From: Antedon mediterranea
Lineage: Eukaryota; Animalia; Echinodermata
NCBI RefSeq assembly: GCF_964355755.1
Contig: NC_092678.1
Span: forward strand, 2,992,422 to 3,056,421
Direction of reading: 5' to 3'
DNA: 64,000 nucleotides
Shown here: positions 28,527-42,100 of the stretch, in pieces
Layout of the letters: each line of letters opens with the position of its first letter
Numbering within the stretch: position 1 is the stretch's first letter
Made by a program: the position numbers and the translations under genes
Notes under the pieces: generated by a model
Database searches by the model: none
Seen by the model: only the letters and a program-made list of their open reading frames with translations
Told to the model about the DNA's origin: nothing

Positions 28527-30742
28527 TACAATTAAAGTACTAAGAACTGCTCATAAAACTATGAAACGTAAACTTTCCGACAAGCACGGCACCCTTGAGA
28601 TGACGGCAAAACCATTGTCTTAATGCTCATTGTGAGCTTAACCATTGTCTTAATGCTCATTGTGAGCTTAATCGTTTAAGGAGAACAAAACCAAAGTGTA
28701 AACTTGTCCTTGGGTTATTGAGATAATAATAAATTAATAAGTGCCGCGCAGTAATGACCGAGAGCACTTAGATCATCACCTTGCGTAATTAGACATAGTG
28801 AAGTGTTGGTTTTGAAAATCCCTTCAATTAACGAGTTTCTAATCATCGATCGCAACCCTCCTTAAAAGTGAAGAGCCTGTCGTTAATTGGCAGGCTATCC
28901 TTGGTGAAGGTGGTGAAGGGGTTAGAAGCAAGTGATAAGTACTATACATTATGCATGCAAAACACCAGAAGGGTGTTCTTTCAAGGTGAATGAATAAATG
29001 AACAGTCAATATGGATACAGTAGAAACAGTACATTACAGATAGTACAGTACATATATAGTTATACTGCACTGCATTAATGTGTGTGTATACCAGTCAGAT
29101 AGCCATATTTTGACCTACTGTACAACATTTAATCAGGTGGAACTATCCATAATTCTAGGGGAAGGAATCAAACTACAGCAGGATTTAGAATGGCAGATCC
29201 AGAATGACTAACCAATCCCTCCCTCACTCGTTTGTTTCCTGGGATTTGGCCTTTTCCTGTAGGAGTTGCACATATTTAATGGGAGTGGTAAAATGCTTGA
29301 TTCCCTTAAAACCCGAAATTACTTATTACTGTATTGCCCAACTGATAATAATACATTCTTTGAGAAAAGAAAGTTATATTTTGGGTTTTAGTTATTAGAA
29401 TATGGATAACCTCTCAACCAGCGCACGGCTGGGTACCACATTTTTAAAATTCAATGTTTTGTTGTGCTTATAAAGTAGCTCGTTGCTGTCCTACAGTGAG
29501 GCGAGCTGTTAAGACTTACACCTGCCCAGCTTATTCACTACACTTCTTTAACTAATATGCAGTCTAAATGTCACTATTAATTTCATTACCAACATAGCGT
29601 GCCAATATCATTCTGCTAATTTCATTTTATCAGACTCGCTGAGTGCATTACAATAATATGGATGGCATTATTTTCGGAAGAAGCGCAATAATATTATCTA
29701 TTTAAAAATTGACATTCTCTTAGATTTTCTTGCATTATAGAACATGTTTGCAAAAATATTAAACTTTCCAGACTTTAAGGAAAGACTGGAACACAAAAAA
29801 ATGTGTTTAATAATATTTAATTTTCTTTTATTTTTAACTAAAACTACTGCACAATATACGGATCATATATTCAACACGGTTTCATTGCTGTTGATTGTGA
29901 ACTAAATAAAATAAAAGTATTCTAGCCGAAAATAAAATATTAGTAAAATGAAATTCTGACAAGCAACTTATACTAAAGAAGTACACTGTACAACACTTTA
30001 GTTTACTCCTACCTACTGTACTTTTTGACTACTGTGGGCCTAGGCCTAGACCATGTTTACAATAGGCCATCAATTGAGATACAAATAAAAAAGAAATAAT
30101 CTGTAATAAAAAGCCTAATATTAAATAATTTTATTTTTCTTGCGTGTAGGCCTACCACGTAAAATCACATTTTTGGCTAAAAAAGATCATTTTCGGTGAT
30201 GTTTTAGGCCTTATATTTTAGAATCTACATACAAGTCAGATTTTTATAATTATTTCTTTAATTGTAATATCTAATAATATATACTAAAAACCGTGATATA
30301 TATAAACTTTTGAATATACATCGATATCCCTAATATAAAATAAAAATATAAATTCTATTAAATAGAAACAAGCACCGGCGAAAATTAGCATTTGCCGTTT
30401 CATAGAAAATAACTCTTTTCTTGCGGCGGCTCAACTTGTCGGCAGCTCAACTTGGCCCAATTCATTGTTTGTACTACTACTGTATAATTTACTATTACAA
30501 ATATTTGACATACAAAATTAATGTAAAAATGGTGCTTCCTTTACAATACAAATCTAGGTCAAATGATGTAGCCTAGTCTCTAGATATTAACTTAACATAC
30601 ATTAATAATAATATGTATGTTGCAGAATACACATAAAATAAGAGTAATTTATCTTTAATTCAACCTAGCCTCTAGGCAAGGCTTAGCCTAGCCACTGCTC
30701 TGTGTGTGATTTTTGTTAAAATAGTCCAAACTTTATACTTAC

Positions 30743-30921
30743 AATATTGTTACCCATTGCGGAATATCACTTGGAATTTGCGTTAGAGTTCTTTTACTGC
30801 AATCTATATAAGATCCAAGACATGAACAGACAGTTGGGCAGTCTAAACCACCGGCATTTGTTCGAGTAACTGAGAGAATTTCCAAAACAAACATCACTAT
30901 CACCAACAATGCGGCCGCCAT
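30743..30921 (-). CDS. LRIG: First coding exon of an LRIG-family (leucine-rich repeat and Ig-like domain) membrane protein: signal peptide plus LRRNT cap
   Basis: MAAALLVIVMFVLEILSVTRTNAG signal peptide, then CPTVCSCLGSYIDCSKRTLTQIPSDIPQWVTIL, matching the LRIG LRRNT pattern CPxxCxCLGxxxDCSxxxLxxxPxxxPxWxxxL. Ends at a phase-2 GTAAGT donor. No downstream exon recognised in the window. Confidence 0.8.
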
Positions 30922-31233
30922 TTTCGTAGGCCACAGTGCTGTGTCGCGGGCTAAGCTCTCTCGAGCTGTAGTTTGTGAGCGTCGATATGGTAAGCTGTCC
31001 CAAAACAGGCTTCAGAAATTTTCCTTTTTGCTGAAATATCCAAAGAAGTACACATTAGTAAAACTACAGTAAACACAATATACATTAACTTTTGCAATAC
31101 ACCATTGTGTGATATAACTCTTCCATAATGACAACGAATTAAATGCCTTTTTTTACAGTAAAATAAAACACAAAATTCCTGTAGAGTACACAACTAGCGA
31201 ATAAAACACAACACACAATTTTTGTACAATCCG

Positions 31234-31243
31234 ATAGAGGGCG
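31234..31243. promoter_or_regulatory. Putative promoter motif ATAGAGGGCG (CGCCCTCTAT), also at 35979-35988 and 44196-44205
   Basis: Identical 10-mer just 5' of LRIG-like, RPUSD3 and GEMIN2. Resembles the CTCF core. Confidence 0.45.
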
Positions 31244-34083
31244 TGTACAGATTTCACACTTCATTAATTCAATGAAAACTCATAATAAACTGAACTTGCC
31301 TTATATGGTATGACCGACTCCTCCCAATATTTTATTAATTCTGAATTCAAGTTCAAATTTATAACGAATTTCAAATGCGCAATTGCAATGTTCGAGAATA
31401 AATTTATATACCTAACAGTTACCTTAATTCTGTAATATTAATCAGACACGAGATAAAATTTTAAAAGATTATTTTTTACAACTCATAATACGTCGGTAAT
31501 TAAAATTATAATTATTATCAACGATTCGTAATCTAATTCTAGTTCTTTTAACTTTTACCTTTCAAATAGTTATGAAGAAAAAATATTAATTTCTCATAAC
31601 TCCGATACGGCAACTACCTTATAAATGTTCCATAATAAAATGTCAAGAAACGTGTATTAGTATTATAGCCGTTGCACATGCTATCTGTGTACACCTGTAT
31701 ATACCTCACTACTAATGTTAAACCAGTGACAATTATTATGAAATAAACTTATTGGACGACGTACGTATGCAAATTAGATGTGACGTAGCCCATACAATGT
31801 ATTCGATGCTGAGTGGCTGTTTAAGTTGATTGACAGATATGCCAAGATCAATCAGTGCAATAATGTGTTGTGATATTGATATAATATTTACATCCAGTTC
31901 TCAATCATTAGGCATAATTCCAATGAACCCTTTTCGAAAAATATACACAATAATATTGTAGTAATAAATCATAAACGTTATGTGTTATTGGTGCGTCACA
32001 TCTTTTGTAGCCTTGTTAATTGGGTTCTTTTATGGGAAAACAGTCTGTACTGAGAGGCCATGAATAAACTCTTAGTTGGGTGTACATCGGTTGTACAATT
32101 TTAAAAAAAGGAAGAGAATAATCTCACATTTTTGTTTTCTATTGTACTATTACGTAACAACCTTTTCATCCTTAATCGAGATTTAATCTAGTTTGTAGTA
32201 AGTGTATCGCCTTAGAAGAATGCTTGAGAGAGCAAGTTTTTGTGGTCTTTTGTTAATATATAAATAGGCTATTTATATATTAACAAAAGACCACAAAATA
32301 GGTAGATAGAAACAATCTAACTAAAACGTTTCAAAGAGATGCAGGTGTGAGGTTATTGTGTTGCGATGTTGATCTTAACCAAATTGTGAACAGGTTTAGG
32401 CCTAGTAAACAGTAACAAAAAGACAAGATTATCATGATCCAATGGAAGTTTGCGCGCCCAAATTCTTGCGATCGTTTGCTTCTTGTAGTAGTATCTCCAA
32501 TGTTATCAAAAAGAGAGGGTAACATCGATAGCTGTCTATAACCAATTTCTCAGATGGCTTCGTTTCAATGTTCAATATGCGGACAATTAGAGATATGTGG
32601 TTGTGCGCAGATGAAGAACAAATGTAGTGCATCAGCAGGATGAGTCAGTTACTGTCTTAATATTCCCTTGCCAATCTTCGTGTCATGTTTCCAATATTTC
32701 CCTCGTGTATTCTTAAAACCAAAGTTTAATTGTCTTGCTACATGGAATATGACATATGATACTATAATGTTGTAAGACATTAAAGCAGGCAAACTTGAGA
32801 TTGAGTAATTCAAGATTTAAAATGTATTGTCAAAGTTAAGATTTGACCTGGGTACTAGATAATTACGATGGTACCCGTAGGGGTGATTATGCTTTGATCA
32901 TCTCTTCTTACCAATGACAAGATTTCGAGAAATGTGTCAGTTCAACAAGAAAGGGTTGTTTTGAAAGTTTCTAAATTAACAAGCCTTAATGAAGGAGAGT
33001 TAGTTATCTTTAAAATTAGACCCCTTGCCAAAATGCAGAGTATCCGGAGAAATGTGTAACCCGGGTCAATGAAAATTTATTTGGACGACACAATATGGGA
33101 TTTTTTTAAAGCTAGATAGTTTTTTATGGCCAAAAATAAAGTTTCAGTCAAAGTCTTGCGCTTTATTACATTGACCTATAATATTAGGCTAGGTCCAGGC
33201 CTACTCTAAAAAACTGTTCTAAAATGAGATCATGATACGAAAACTCGTAGCCTCAATAAATTTCAGGCAGCAAAGTGTGAATGGAAACATTGAAAGTGAT
33301 ACTATGAAAGGTTGAGTCGGTAAATTCGATTTTGCACCAGTCAATATTACGTGTTATTGTCGCTTTAAATTTCTCTCGTTTGCCTAACAAAAGCGCACCG
33401 ATTACTCGCTAAAACACAGACGTGTTAAGATCAATACAATAATTGGCATGGTTACTTGTTAGCGCTTCATAGTCGTGTTCGCCACTCTGACTGAACCGAA
33501 AGGTAAACATTTACTCACCTAAAGAATTCTTTCATTTTACCGATCCAATGAAGAATGCTCATGTTGGTGCAAATGAAGTTGTCACATAGATGAATTTAGA
33601 CAACAAAAGCTAGTCTATTTCGACCGAGGACACATAGTGAAAACATATTTGCTAAGTACCGGTTTCTTTATGCGATCACTTATTTCGTTTTACTAGTGAG
33701 AGTGTATTACTGAAGTGCTCCCATGTTATATTGTAATATCTTTTTTACGATTCGTTTTTAACCTTTTTTACGTTGTCTTAATTAATTCCTTGCGATTGTT
33801 GAAGGCGTGTCACTGATCCAATTGCATATATGTTCACTAATGTTTTGTTAATAAGTTGTTGAAGAAAAATGAATACAAAATAAATAACTGTCATCTTTCA
33901 TAATTTTGTCGAAAAACGTGTTTCAACTTATCTCTAAAACTGTTCCAAACTTTAGCGAAACAAATGACACCCTTTTGGACCATTTAAAATAAAGACGACG
34001 CCCCGTGATCAAACTAATTCGTTTTAAGCACTTTCATCAAATTATTTAATTATTAAAGCTAAGCTATAGTCTCTTTCCTTTAA

Positions 34084-34222
34084 AGCTCTGTCTATACTAT
34101 CAAACTAGTGTGATGTGTCCAAATATGGTGGTGATATAACGTACCCAAATATGGTATTGATATGACATTATTATGTCCATATGGGCACATAATATTCAAA
34201 GTTTGATAGCGTAGACAGAGCC
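34084..34222. mobile_element. MITE family A
   Basis: AGCTCTGTCTATACTATCAAACT...AGTTTGATAGCGTAGACAGAGC. Confidence 0.85.
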
Positions 34223-36467
34223 TTAGTGAGACAGATCCAAAATGACATGGAAAGGTTTTAGTTTAATGAAAGAAAGAAGAATTATCAATTGTATTGTCAG
34301 AATTCATGTAATCAAAACAAAATAATGACCATTCTCTGGACATTTCACATTAATGAACCGTGACGAGATGGTCAATTGGATTGGACAGTTGGCTTTCAAG
34401 GAAATTAATCTGGACAGTCGATAAATATTGAAAAGAATAAACTTCCATTAAACTAATTGGACTGTATGAAAATCTCGTTTTTCTAATAAGTCACTTGATT
34501 GAGTGGTCATTGGTCAGCAAGAACATTGTAGTGATGGTCATTCAATGGGACATATATCCATTACACTTCTCAAAAGGCGCAGTGTTTTATCTAACCCCGT
34601 TAACATTCATAGACAATAGTGACCCTGTTAAATACGAAGCACAAAATGCATCAATATTAGTAATAGATGCATTTTGTGTTCTGTATTGGTGTCAATAACG
34701 AAACATGTGTACACGACACAATCATATACTTTATTGGTTTATTTTAGTTCACTATGTCGGTCTGTCGGTCTGTCTGTCGGTCCGGTATCACTATGCGTTT
34801 TAGCACGCGACTTATGGCTGTTGGCCTTGTTTAATGTAATGTTTATATATTGTATAATGTGAACTTGTATTCTAAATATATTATTGTTATTTTTATAAAT
34901 TGTAAATTCAACAATGTTTACTTTGTTGCAAGAAATTTGAAATCAAATAATAGAATTTTATTGTAATTAATTACTGTATACCGTAACTAATTAAAAGTGA
35001 GAGTGAGCCTTTTAAATTCTTCGGTTAGATAAGTGCCAAAGTTAGGCTTGAACATTCAACATCTCATACTAGGACGCGTCACACTTTATGTGCAAATGTT
35101 TTATGTGAACTGCACAAGACCATAATACACATCTACATCGGATAAAAGTAAACATCATCCCCTGTGCATTTGCAATCTTCACCAAGACGAGTCCCAAGAT
35201 CTTCATAAAATAATGATCTGTTTTACAACTGTGTCGCGAAACGGTTTTTGTACATAAAGTTGTGTTTTGTAAACCAATATGTAATTACTTTTTTGTACGA
35301 TCGGTCTAAGCAGCAGACAAACATAATTTAATCTTTAAAATTGATAAAACACGACCGTGACTTTATTGAGAGAACATACATCGAAAACAACCTACATTAC
35401 TCAGTCATCTCTGAGTAGTACGAAAACAATTTCAATGGAATCACTGTATACTTTTATAGAATAAAATAAGTTTTTAACTTCAATGAAAACTAGAACTATT
35501 TGGCTGATTCAGACGTTTTATTCACGGCGAGAACTACCCCACCGCAAGTTTTCTTTTGTAGACCTATATTATTAGTTTTAAAATAAAATAATTTAAAAAT
35601 GTAATATAAAAGCAGAGACGGTTAAATGATATTAAGTTGGCCTCAAGAACCTAATATAAATCTTGGCTAATTTAACTCAACCAAGACCCGCTAATGGTAT
35701 CCCAATATAAAGAACATGCTTACCTGCTGCAAGTTACACGATGAATTGTTATCCTCTTTCTTCCAAAACAGAGCAATGTACAGTATGGTGAGATTTAATG
35801 TAACAATTCAAATTGTTAATACTATACCACCAATATGTGCACACTGTTTTACAAAAAAAAAGAAATTGTTGTTGATTGGTAGGATACTTTCATTTCTGAT
35901 TACGTCATGATAGAAAGAACATAAGAAAACAATACTAAATAAATGTTTAAAATAAAATAAATAAAAAAATTAAGTAATATAGAGGGCGACAAACACATTT
36001 TTTTAAGGATCGGACAGTTTCAATTATTGCTCTATTACGGTTCATACCTAGCGTGCTTATTCAAGCATAACTTGGAAAACAACGTGTGTTGATAAATTTA
36101 AAGGTAATTAAAGTAAACAAGTTTAACTTATTTGTATCATTTGTTTTTTAATCAGATATTAATAATACCGAGAGTGATGCTATTTTGTGCTAGTATATTA
36201 TTCTGAATTAGTTACTATATAGCACAGAAAGGAAGCTCAATTTCCTAGGCCCTACTAACTTAGTTTAGGCCTAGCTAGCTAGCTTAGTCGGAACGTCGAT
36301 AAGAAGGCTTTACAAGCCCAGAAGAAAGGGTAAGGCAGGGCCTAGATTCTTAAATGGATAGATATAATTAAGCGTTACAATTACAATTCTATTTATTTAT
36401 AAAATAATAAAGAAACCGTTTTTTTAAATAGTAACTATCTTTTTTACAACAAAAAAATCAATTTCAG

Positions 36468-38476
36468 ATGTCTTTCACGCATTTACTTAAATCTGTAAAA
36501 GTTCATGGCAGATTTTTCCACTTTCGACGGCTTACTTCCTCTCCAAGTTTGGTGACTGATCAACAGGAAGGCACAGCAGTACTAACCCCCAAACCCAAGA
36601 AGAACATCTTCTCAAAGTCTGGTGTCTTAGATGTCAGTAACATTAGCCGAGATTCACTGATAAAAGTTTTGGTGGCCAGTTTGTTGTTCAAAGGAGGTAC
36701 ATTTTGTGAATACTGTAGTTTAATTAAAAGACACTTAAAGTGAGTGAGGGTGTATTTGATTGTCTGAATTTTCAACTGAGATAGAGAATTTGTTAGCAGT
36801 TTCAGAATCCTGTACATGTTGTAAATATAAATTATAATTCGTAGAGATATAGCTTGGTGGTTAACATGCTTGCCTTTAAATCCCAAAGTCCAGGGTTCAA
36901 TCCTGACCTGACCTAGTGCACGGTTGTATCTCTCTCTCAAAAAAAAAAATGTAATCTTTTTTTTTCCCCAATAGATGGATTATTGGTGTTAAGTAAACCG
37001 GCTGGCTTGTCCGTATCAGGTAAAACAAAAGATGGGCAGTTCTCACTGATGGATGTCATGCACGATGTAGCTGATGGTATAAACAGTCCTAATGCTTGTC
37101 TAATAAGTGCACCTGAAAAGTAAGGACAGCCCGCCACAATGTAGCATTGACATGATATACAGTATTTATGCCCATATATGGACACAATGACATCATACTA
37201 CGATATTTAAGGTTATCACTATCATATTTGGGTACATCACACTTTTTTTGTCAAACTAGTTTGATAGTGTAGACAGAGCTTATATTTTTATTATTTAGAG
37301 AAACTTCAGGCATTATTCTCTTAGCTGAGGACAAAATGACAGCAAACAAACTAAACAGAGACATAGTTGATGCATCAAAAAGGTCTGGGGTTAAACGGCA
37401 ATACATGTAAGTTTTTTTAAGCAAATGAATTATGTAGAGTTTTTTTAACTCAATTACGGTAGTCTTAAAATGATTGAATTATTTAAAATAATACATTTGT
37501 ATTGTTCATTTGTCTTAGTGGTCTAACAGTTGGAATACCAGAACATAATCAAGGTAAACACGGTTTCTTGCAAATTAAAAGAAATTACAATCACCGTCCA
37601 CTATAATGATGAAAATAAGTATATATTTAATACGGTCTAATTATTTGTCTTTTTTTTGTTCAGGTTCGCAATTACTGCATGTAGGACAAGAGGACATCGA
37701 TGAAGAATTAATGGTAATATTAATTAATTGTAATCATATTATATACCTATAGAAATCTTCTTATCTGTTTTTATTATTTGTTGGTTCTAATTTAATTAAA
37801 TATTTTCCTCATATCTTGAATATTTCGCAGACAGTCATTAAATCTGATTTCAGCAAGGCAAGTTTAACGCGACAGGACACCAAAAAAACGAAAATGGAGT
37901 ACAAGGTACTAGAACACAACCGACAACTAAATTGTGCCCTCATAGAAATGTGGCCGCAAAAAGGTAAGAAGGTTTTTAATGACAAACTTTATGACGTTGA
38001 AATATGGAGAAGAAAATTAAGAGATAATTTTTAATTTGTCAATTTTTCTGCAGCATACAAGCATCAGCTACAGGTACATAGCACATCGATGCTGTGTTGT
38101 ATACTAGGTGACCATTTGTACTCCAATCGTGTGCAGTCTGTTCTTGGTGTACCTGTTCTCATTGATCCACTACAAGCCAAACCAGGACCTCAGGTACAGT
38201 ATCGATTCATTAACTGTGAAAACAGAAAGCGTTATAATAATGTGTTATTCACACTTCACGATGACTTTTTAAAATGCCATTGTCTTGCAGAAGTTGCCAA
38301 AAATGTTGAGAGAAGCAATGAATTTAACAGCCAGTAAAACAGCCAATATGCCTCTTCATCTACACTTCCATCAACTGTTCATTAAACGACCTGCTGGAGA
38401 TCTTCATATCACTGTTCCACTGCCTCGTTATTTCCAAAGAAGTTTGCAGCTACTTGGTTTAAAGATGCCAACATGA
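36468..38476 (+). CDS. RPUSD3: Mitochondrial RluA-family pseudouridine synthase-like protein RPUSD3, ~341 aa; exons 36468-36696, 36975-37119, 37299-37406, 37519-37553, 37664-37713, 37831-37963, 38054-38193, 38291-38476
   Basis: All introns GT-AG; frame continuous (1026 nt). Basic N-terminal presequence. Motifs LVLSKPAGLSVSG, KETSGIILL, HQLQVH..MLCCILGDHLYSNRVQSVLG, MPLHLHFHQL and VPLPRYFQRSLQLLGL follow vertebrate RPUSD3, including absence of the HRLD motif. Confidence 0.9.
36846..36915 (+). mobile_element. tRNA-like SINE head in an RPUSD3 intron; second copy on the minus strand at ~39735-39810 in a GEMIN2 intron
   Basis: TAGCTTGGTGGTTAACATGCTTGCC...GGGTTCAATCC (A/B boxes). The reverse-complement copy shares the same core. 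Confidence 0.6.
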
Positions 38477-39106
38477 AGTTTAAATTTCTTCAGTTTTGCT
38501 AATTGTAGCTGAAGAGATGAGATATTCTTCTTGCTTCGGAAGTTGTAAAGACTACACTGAAGACAATTCAGACTATCAATATAAACCAATGTCATCTTAC
38601 TTCCAAAGTGTTAGAAGATACTTTTGGTGTCTACAATATTTGGCAACTGTATCTGAAGAGACAAGATGGTAATCACCATGTAACCTCCTGCAATTGGACA
38701 CCATAGGGTCGTGGGAGGTGGCCGCTTACGAGAGGTCCGGCCGATAAAGGCTACACAGAAAAAAAGACAATTCAGACTATCGATATGTCAATATATCAGT
38801 TTATCTGTCAATAAATATATAGATGAATATATCAATACATTATTCAATTACTACTTCCTCCTTAAAAATGCATTCTATCCAATAGAATCGGAGTCTTTTC
38901 TTCACTGTATATTTAAGCAAATATATGCACTTTAGATAGATCTTTCTAATCTTGCAAGCCATCGGCTTTCAGTGCAGAGTTATGTTCTCTAAATGCCAAA
39001 CCCAGCAGCAAACATAACTTAAATTGATGTTGCGGTTATAATCTGTTCGTCAAATAACAATAAATCACGCTGCTTTATTACTTATCCTGAAGTTTAATAG
39101 CCATCA

Positions 39107-42100
39107 TCATCTGTCATCCGCTAGATCTGTTTGGTCAAAATACCTAGCAACTAGCGTAATCAGAAGATTTAATGCGGGAAGTCGGTCATCATCTATAGTT
39201 TCCTGCAAAACGCCAAAATGATTCTTCTGTTAAATTCAAACTGTTTTTCGTTAAACAAATTTATTAATAGACCAGCAGCTTGTTGCAAAATGGCACAAAC
39301 CAAAAGATACAATGACATAATACTCACCAATGAGGCCCTGAGGGCAGCACACTGTCTTGCTAGCGTCCGTAGCATTGAATGAGCGTCTGGGTCCAGGGGC
39401 TTCTGTAGGCAGGCTAGTAGTGCATATAACCACTGGCCTTGTTTAGGGCCTAAGCCTAGAGTCTGAAGCCACCCAATGTGAAACTCAAGTATTTTAATGA
39501 CAGTACTCTAAAAAGAAAACACAACGTATTTTAAAATATGTGCACGGAAATTGGGCGTATGCTTCCTGAAGTTTATATGTATTGTGTTGTTGAATTTTCG
39601 TTTGTTTTATTTTATACGCATAAAAAAGCTAGTAACTCCAGGATGGATAAACTATTTTATAATTTATCATGCTTATTATAATCTCATTTGAGGCTTAGGG
39701 AGTGGAGTTTAAAAAAAGTCGTGAGTTACAACCTTGGAACTAGGTCAGAATTGAACCCCAGACCATGGGATTGGAAGGCAAGCATGTTAACCACCAAGCT
39801 ACAGCTCCACTATTTGGTATATTAGTGTGGTATTAGAATGTCACATACTCTCATATATAGTAGTATAGCATAGGTGACATTACGTGACCACTAGAGGGTT
39901 GATGGCAATCACAATAGGTGATTCCTCTAGTGCGAATCACAAATAACCATCAGGTAAATCTCTGATTAAACCTTCACCTGTTTCATAGCTGCTACTATGC
40001 TAAAAAGGGGTAGGACACCTTGCATGTCAGTGTCTGTTGTTGTACTGGACACACCACGCTTGGCCTTCAGAAGTTGTTCTGCTTTGTTTCCCAGACACAG
40101 TTTGCACCATCCAGATTCATCATTTGGTTGTGGCTGTAAACATATTATAGTGAATAATCAACAAAATAATATACTCATTTACTTTTTTAGGTTAAACTAA
40201 AATGCTATAAAATGTTAATCCTCTAACAAAAATGTATACAGTACAACCCCTATTAAGGGGACACCTTCAGGACTTAATAAAATTCCCCCTTAATAGAAGT
40301 GTCCCCTTAATAGGTGTTGGCTGTGATGGAAAAGTGTCCCCTTAATAGGTGTTGGCTGTGATGGAAAAGTGTCCCCTTAATAGGTGTTGGCTGTGATGGA
40401 AAAGTGTCCCCTTAATAGGTGTCGGCTGTGATGGAAAAGTGTCCCCTTAATAGGTGTCGGCTGTGATGGAAAAGTGTCCCCTTAATAGGTGTTAGCTGTG
40501 ATGGAAAAGTGTCCCCTTAATAGGTGTTGGCTGTGATGGAAAAGTGTCCCCTTAATAGGTGTTGGCTGTGATGGAAAAGTGTCCCCTTAATAGGTGTTGG
40601 CTGTGATGGAAAAGTGTCCCCTTAATAGGTGTTGGCTGTGATGGAAAAGTGTCCCCTTAATAGGTGTTGGCTGTGATGGAAAAGTGTTCCCTTAATAGCT
40701 GTTGGCTGTGATGGAAAAGTGTTCCCTTAATAGGTGTTGGCTGTGATGGAAAAGTGTTCCCTTAATAGGTGTTGGCTGTGATGGAAAAGTGTTCCCTTAA
40801 TAGGTGTTGGCTGTGATGGAAAAGTGTTCCCTTAATAGCTGTTGGCTGTGATGGAAAAGTGTTCCCTTAATAGGTGTTGGCTGTGATGGAAAAGTGTTCC
40901 CTTAATAGGTGTTGGCTGTGATGGAAAAGTGTTCCCTTAATAGGTGTTGGCTGTGATGGAAAAGTGTTCCCTTAATAGCTGTTGGCTGTGATGGAAAAGT
41001 GTTCCCTTAATAGGTGTTGGCTGTGATGGAAAAGTGTTCCCTTAATAGTTGTTGGCTGTGATGGAAAAGTGTTCCCTTAATAGGTGTTGGCTGTGATGGA
41101 AAAGTGTTCCCTTAATAGCTGTTGGCTGTGATGGAAAAGTGTCCCCTTAATAGCTGTTGGCTGTGATGGAAAAGTGTCCCCTTAATAGCTGTTGGCTGTG
41201 ATGGAAAAGTGTCCCCTTAATAGGTGTTGGCTGTGATGGAAAAGTGTCCCCTTAATAGGTGTTGGCTGTGATGGAAAAGTGTTCCCTTAATAGGTGTTGG
41301 CTGTGATGGAAAAGTGTCCCCTTAATAGGTGTTGGCTGTGATGGAAAAGTGTCCCCTTAATAGGTGTTGGCTGTGATGGAAAAGTGTTCCCTTAATAGGT
41401 GTTGGCTGTGATGGAAAAGTGTCCCCTTAATAGGTGTTGGCTGTGATGGAAAAGTGTCCCCTTAATAGGTGTTGGCTGTGATGGAAAAGTGTCCCCTTAA
41501 TAGGTGTTGGCTGTGATGGAAAAGTGTCCCCTTAATAGGTGTTGGCTGTGATGGAAAAGTGTCCCCTTAATAGGTGTGTCCCAAAGGAGGGGCTCTACTA
41601 TACGCATTATATACAGCTGGTTTTAAGTCCTATTTTGGCCAAACCCTATGCCTGGTGTTAAGTCAACACATTACCTCCCAACTAAAACAATGTATGCTAC
41701 ATATAACAATGGTAATATTACTAACGAGTGCTGGTTGATTCTCTGTTGTGTTTAATAATTTCTCTCGCTCTTGATTTATTTTTTGACGGAGGACAGCAAA
41801 ATTGGATGCTTCCTTTAGTTGCCACTGGACACTTGGAGAAAATCCTCTAGGTGCAGGAATAAAACCAGATAACTGCAATTATGAAATTAATAGATAATAA
41901 TTTAATATGTATCTTCTTTTCTTATAGTAATAATAATACATACATTCTTATGGTTTTATTAGTGAGTATGCATAGACGGATTGATCAGGCCTTTGCATAA
42001 AGAAAACGTTTGATTTAAATACATTCATTGTTTATATTTAAAGACCCCTTCCCTGCAATTTTGGACGTTTTTTGGAAAATAATACATATATATCACTTTA

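Noticed and set aside
821-30000. Numerous 60-99-aa ORFs in the first 30 kb
   Set aside because: No recognisable domains, many start at non-ATG codons, and several derive from MITEs or minisatellites; expected by chance.
36846-36915. Functional tRNA gene
   Set aside because: A/B boxes are present but there is no convincing acceptor stem or cloverleaf, and a diverged second copy indicates a SINE-like repeat.
40297-41577. 35-bp repeat array as a possible CRISPR
   Set aside because: Units are head-to-tail with no unique spacers, in a eukaryotic intron with no cas genes.
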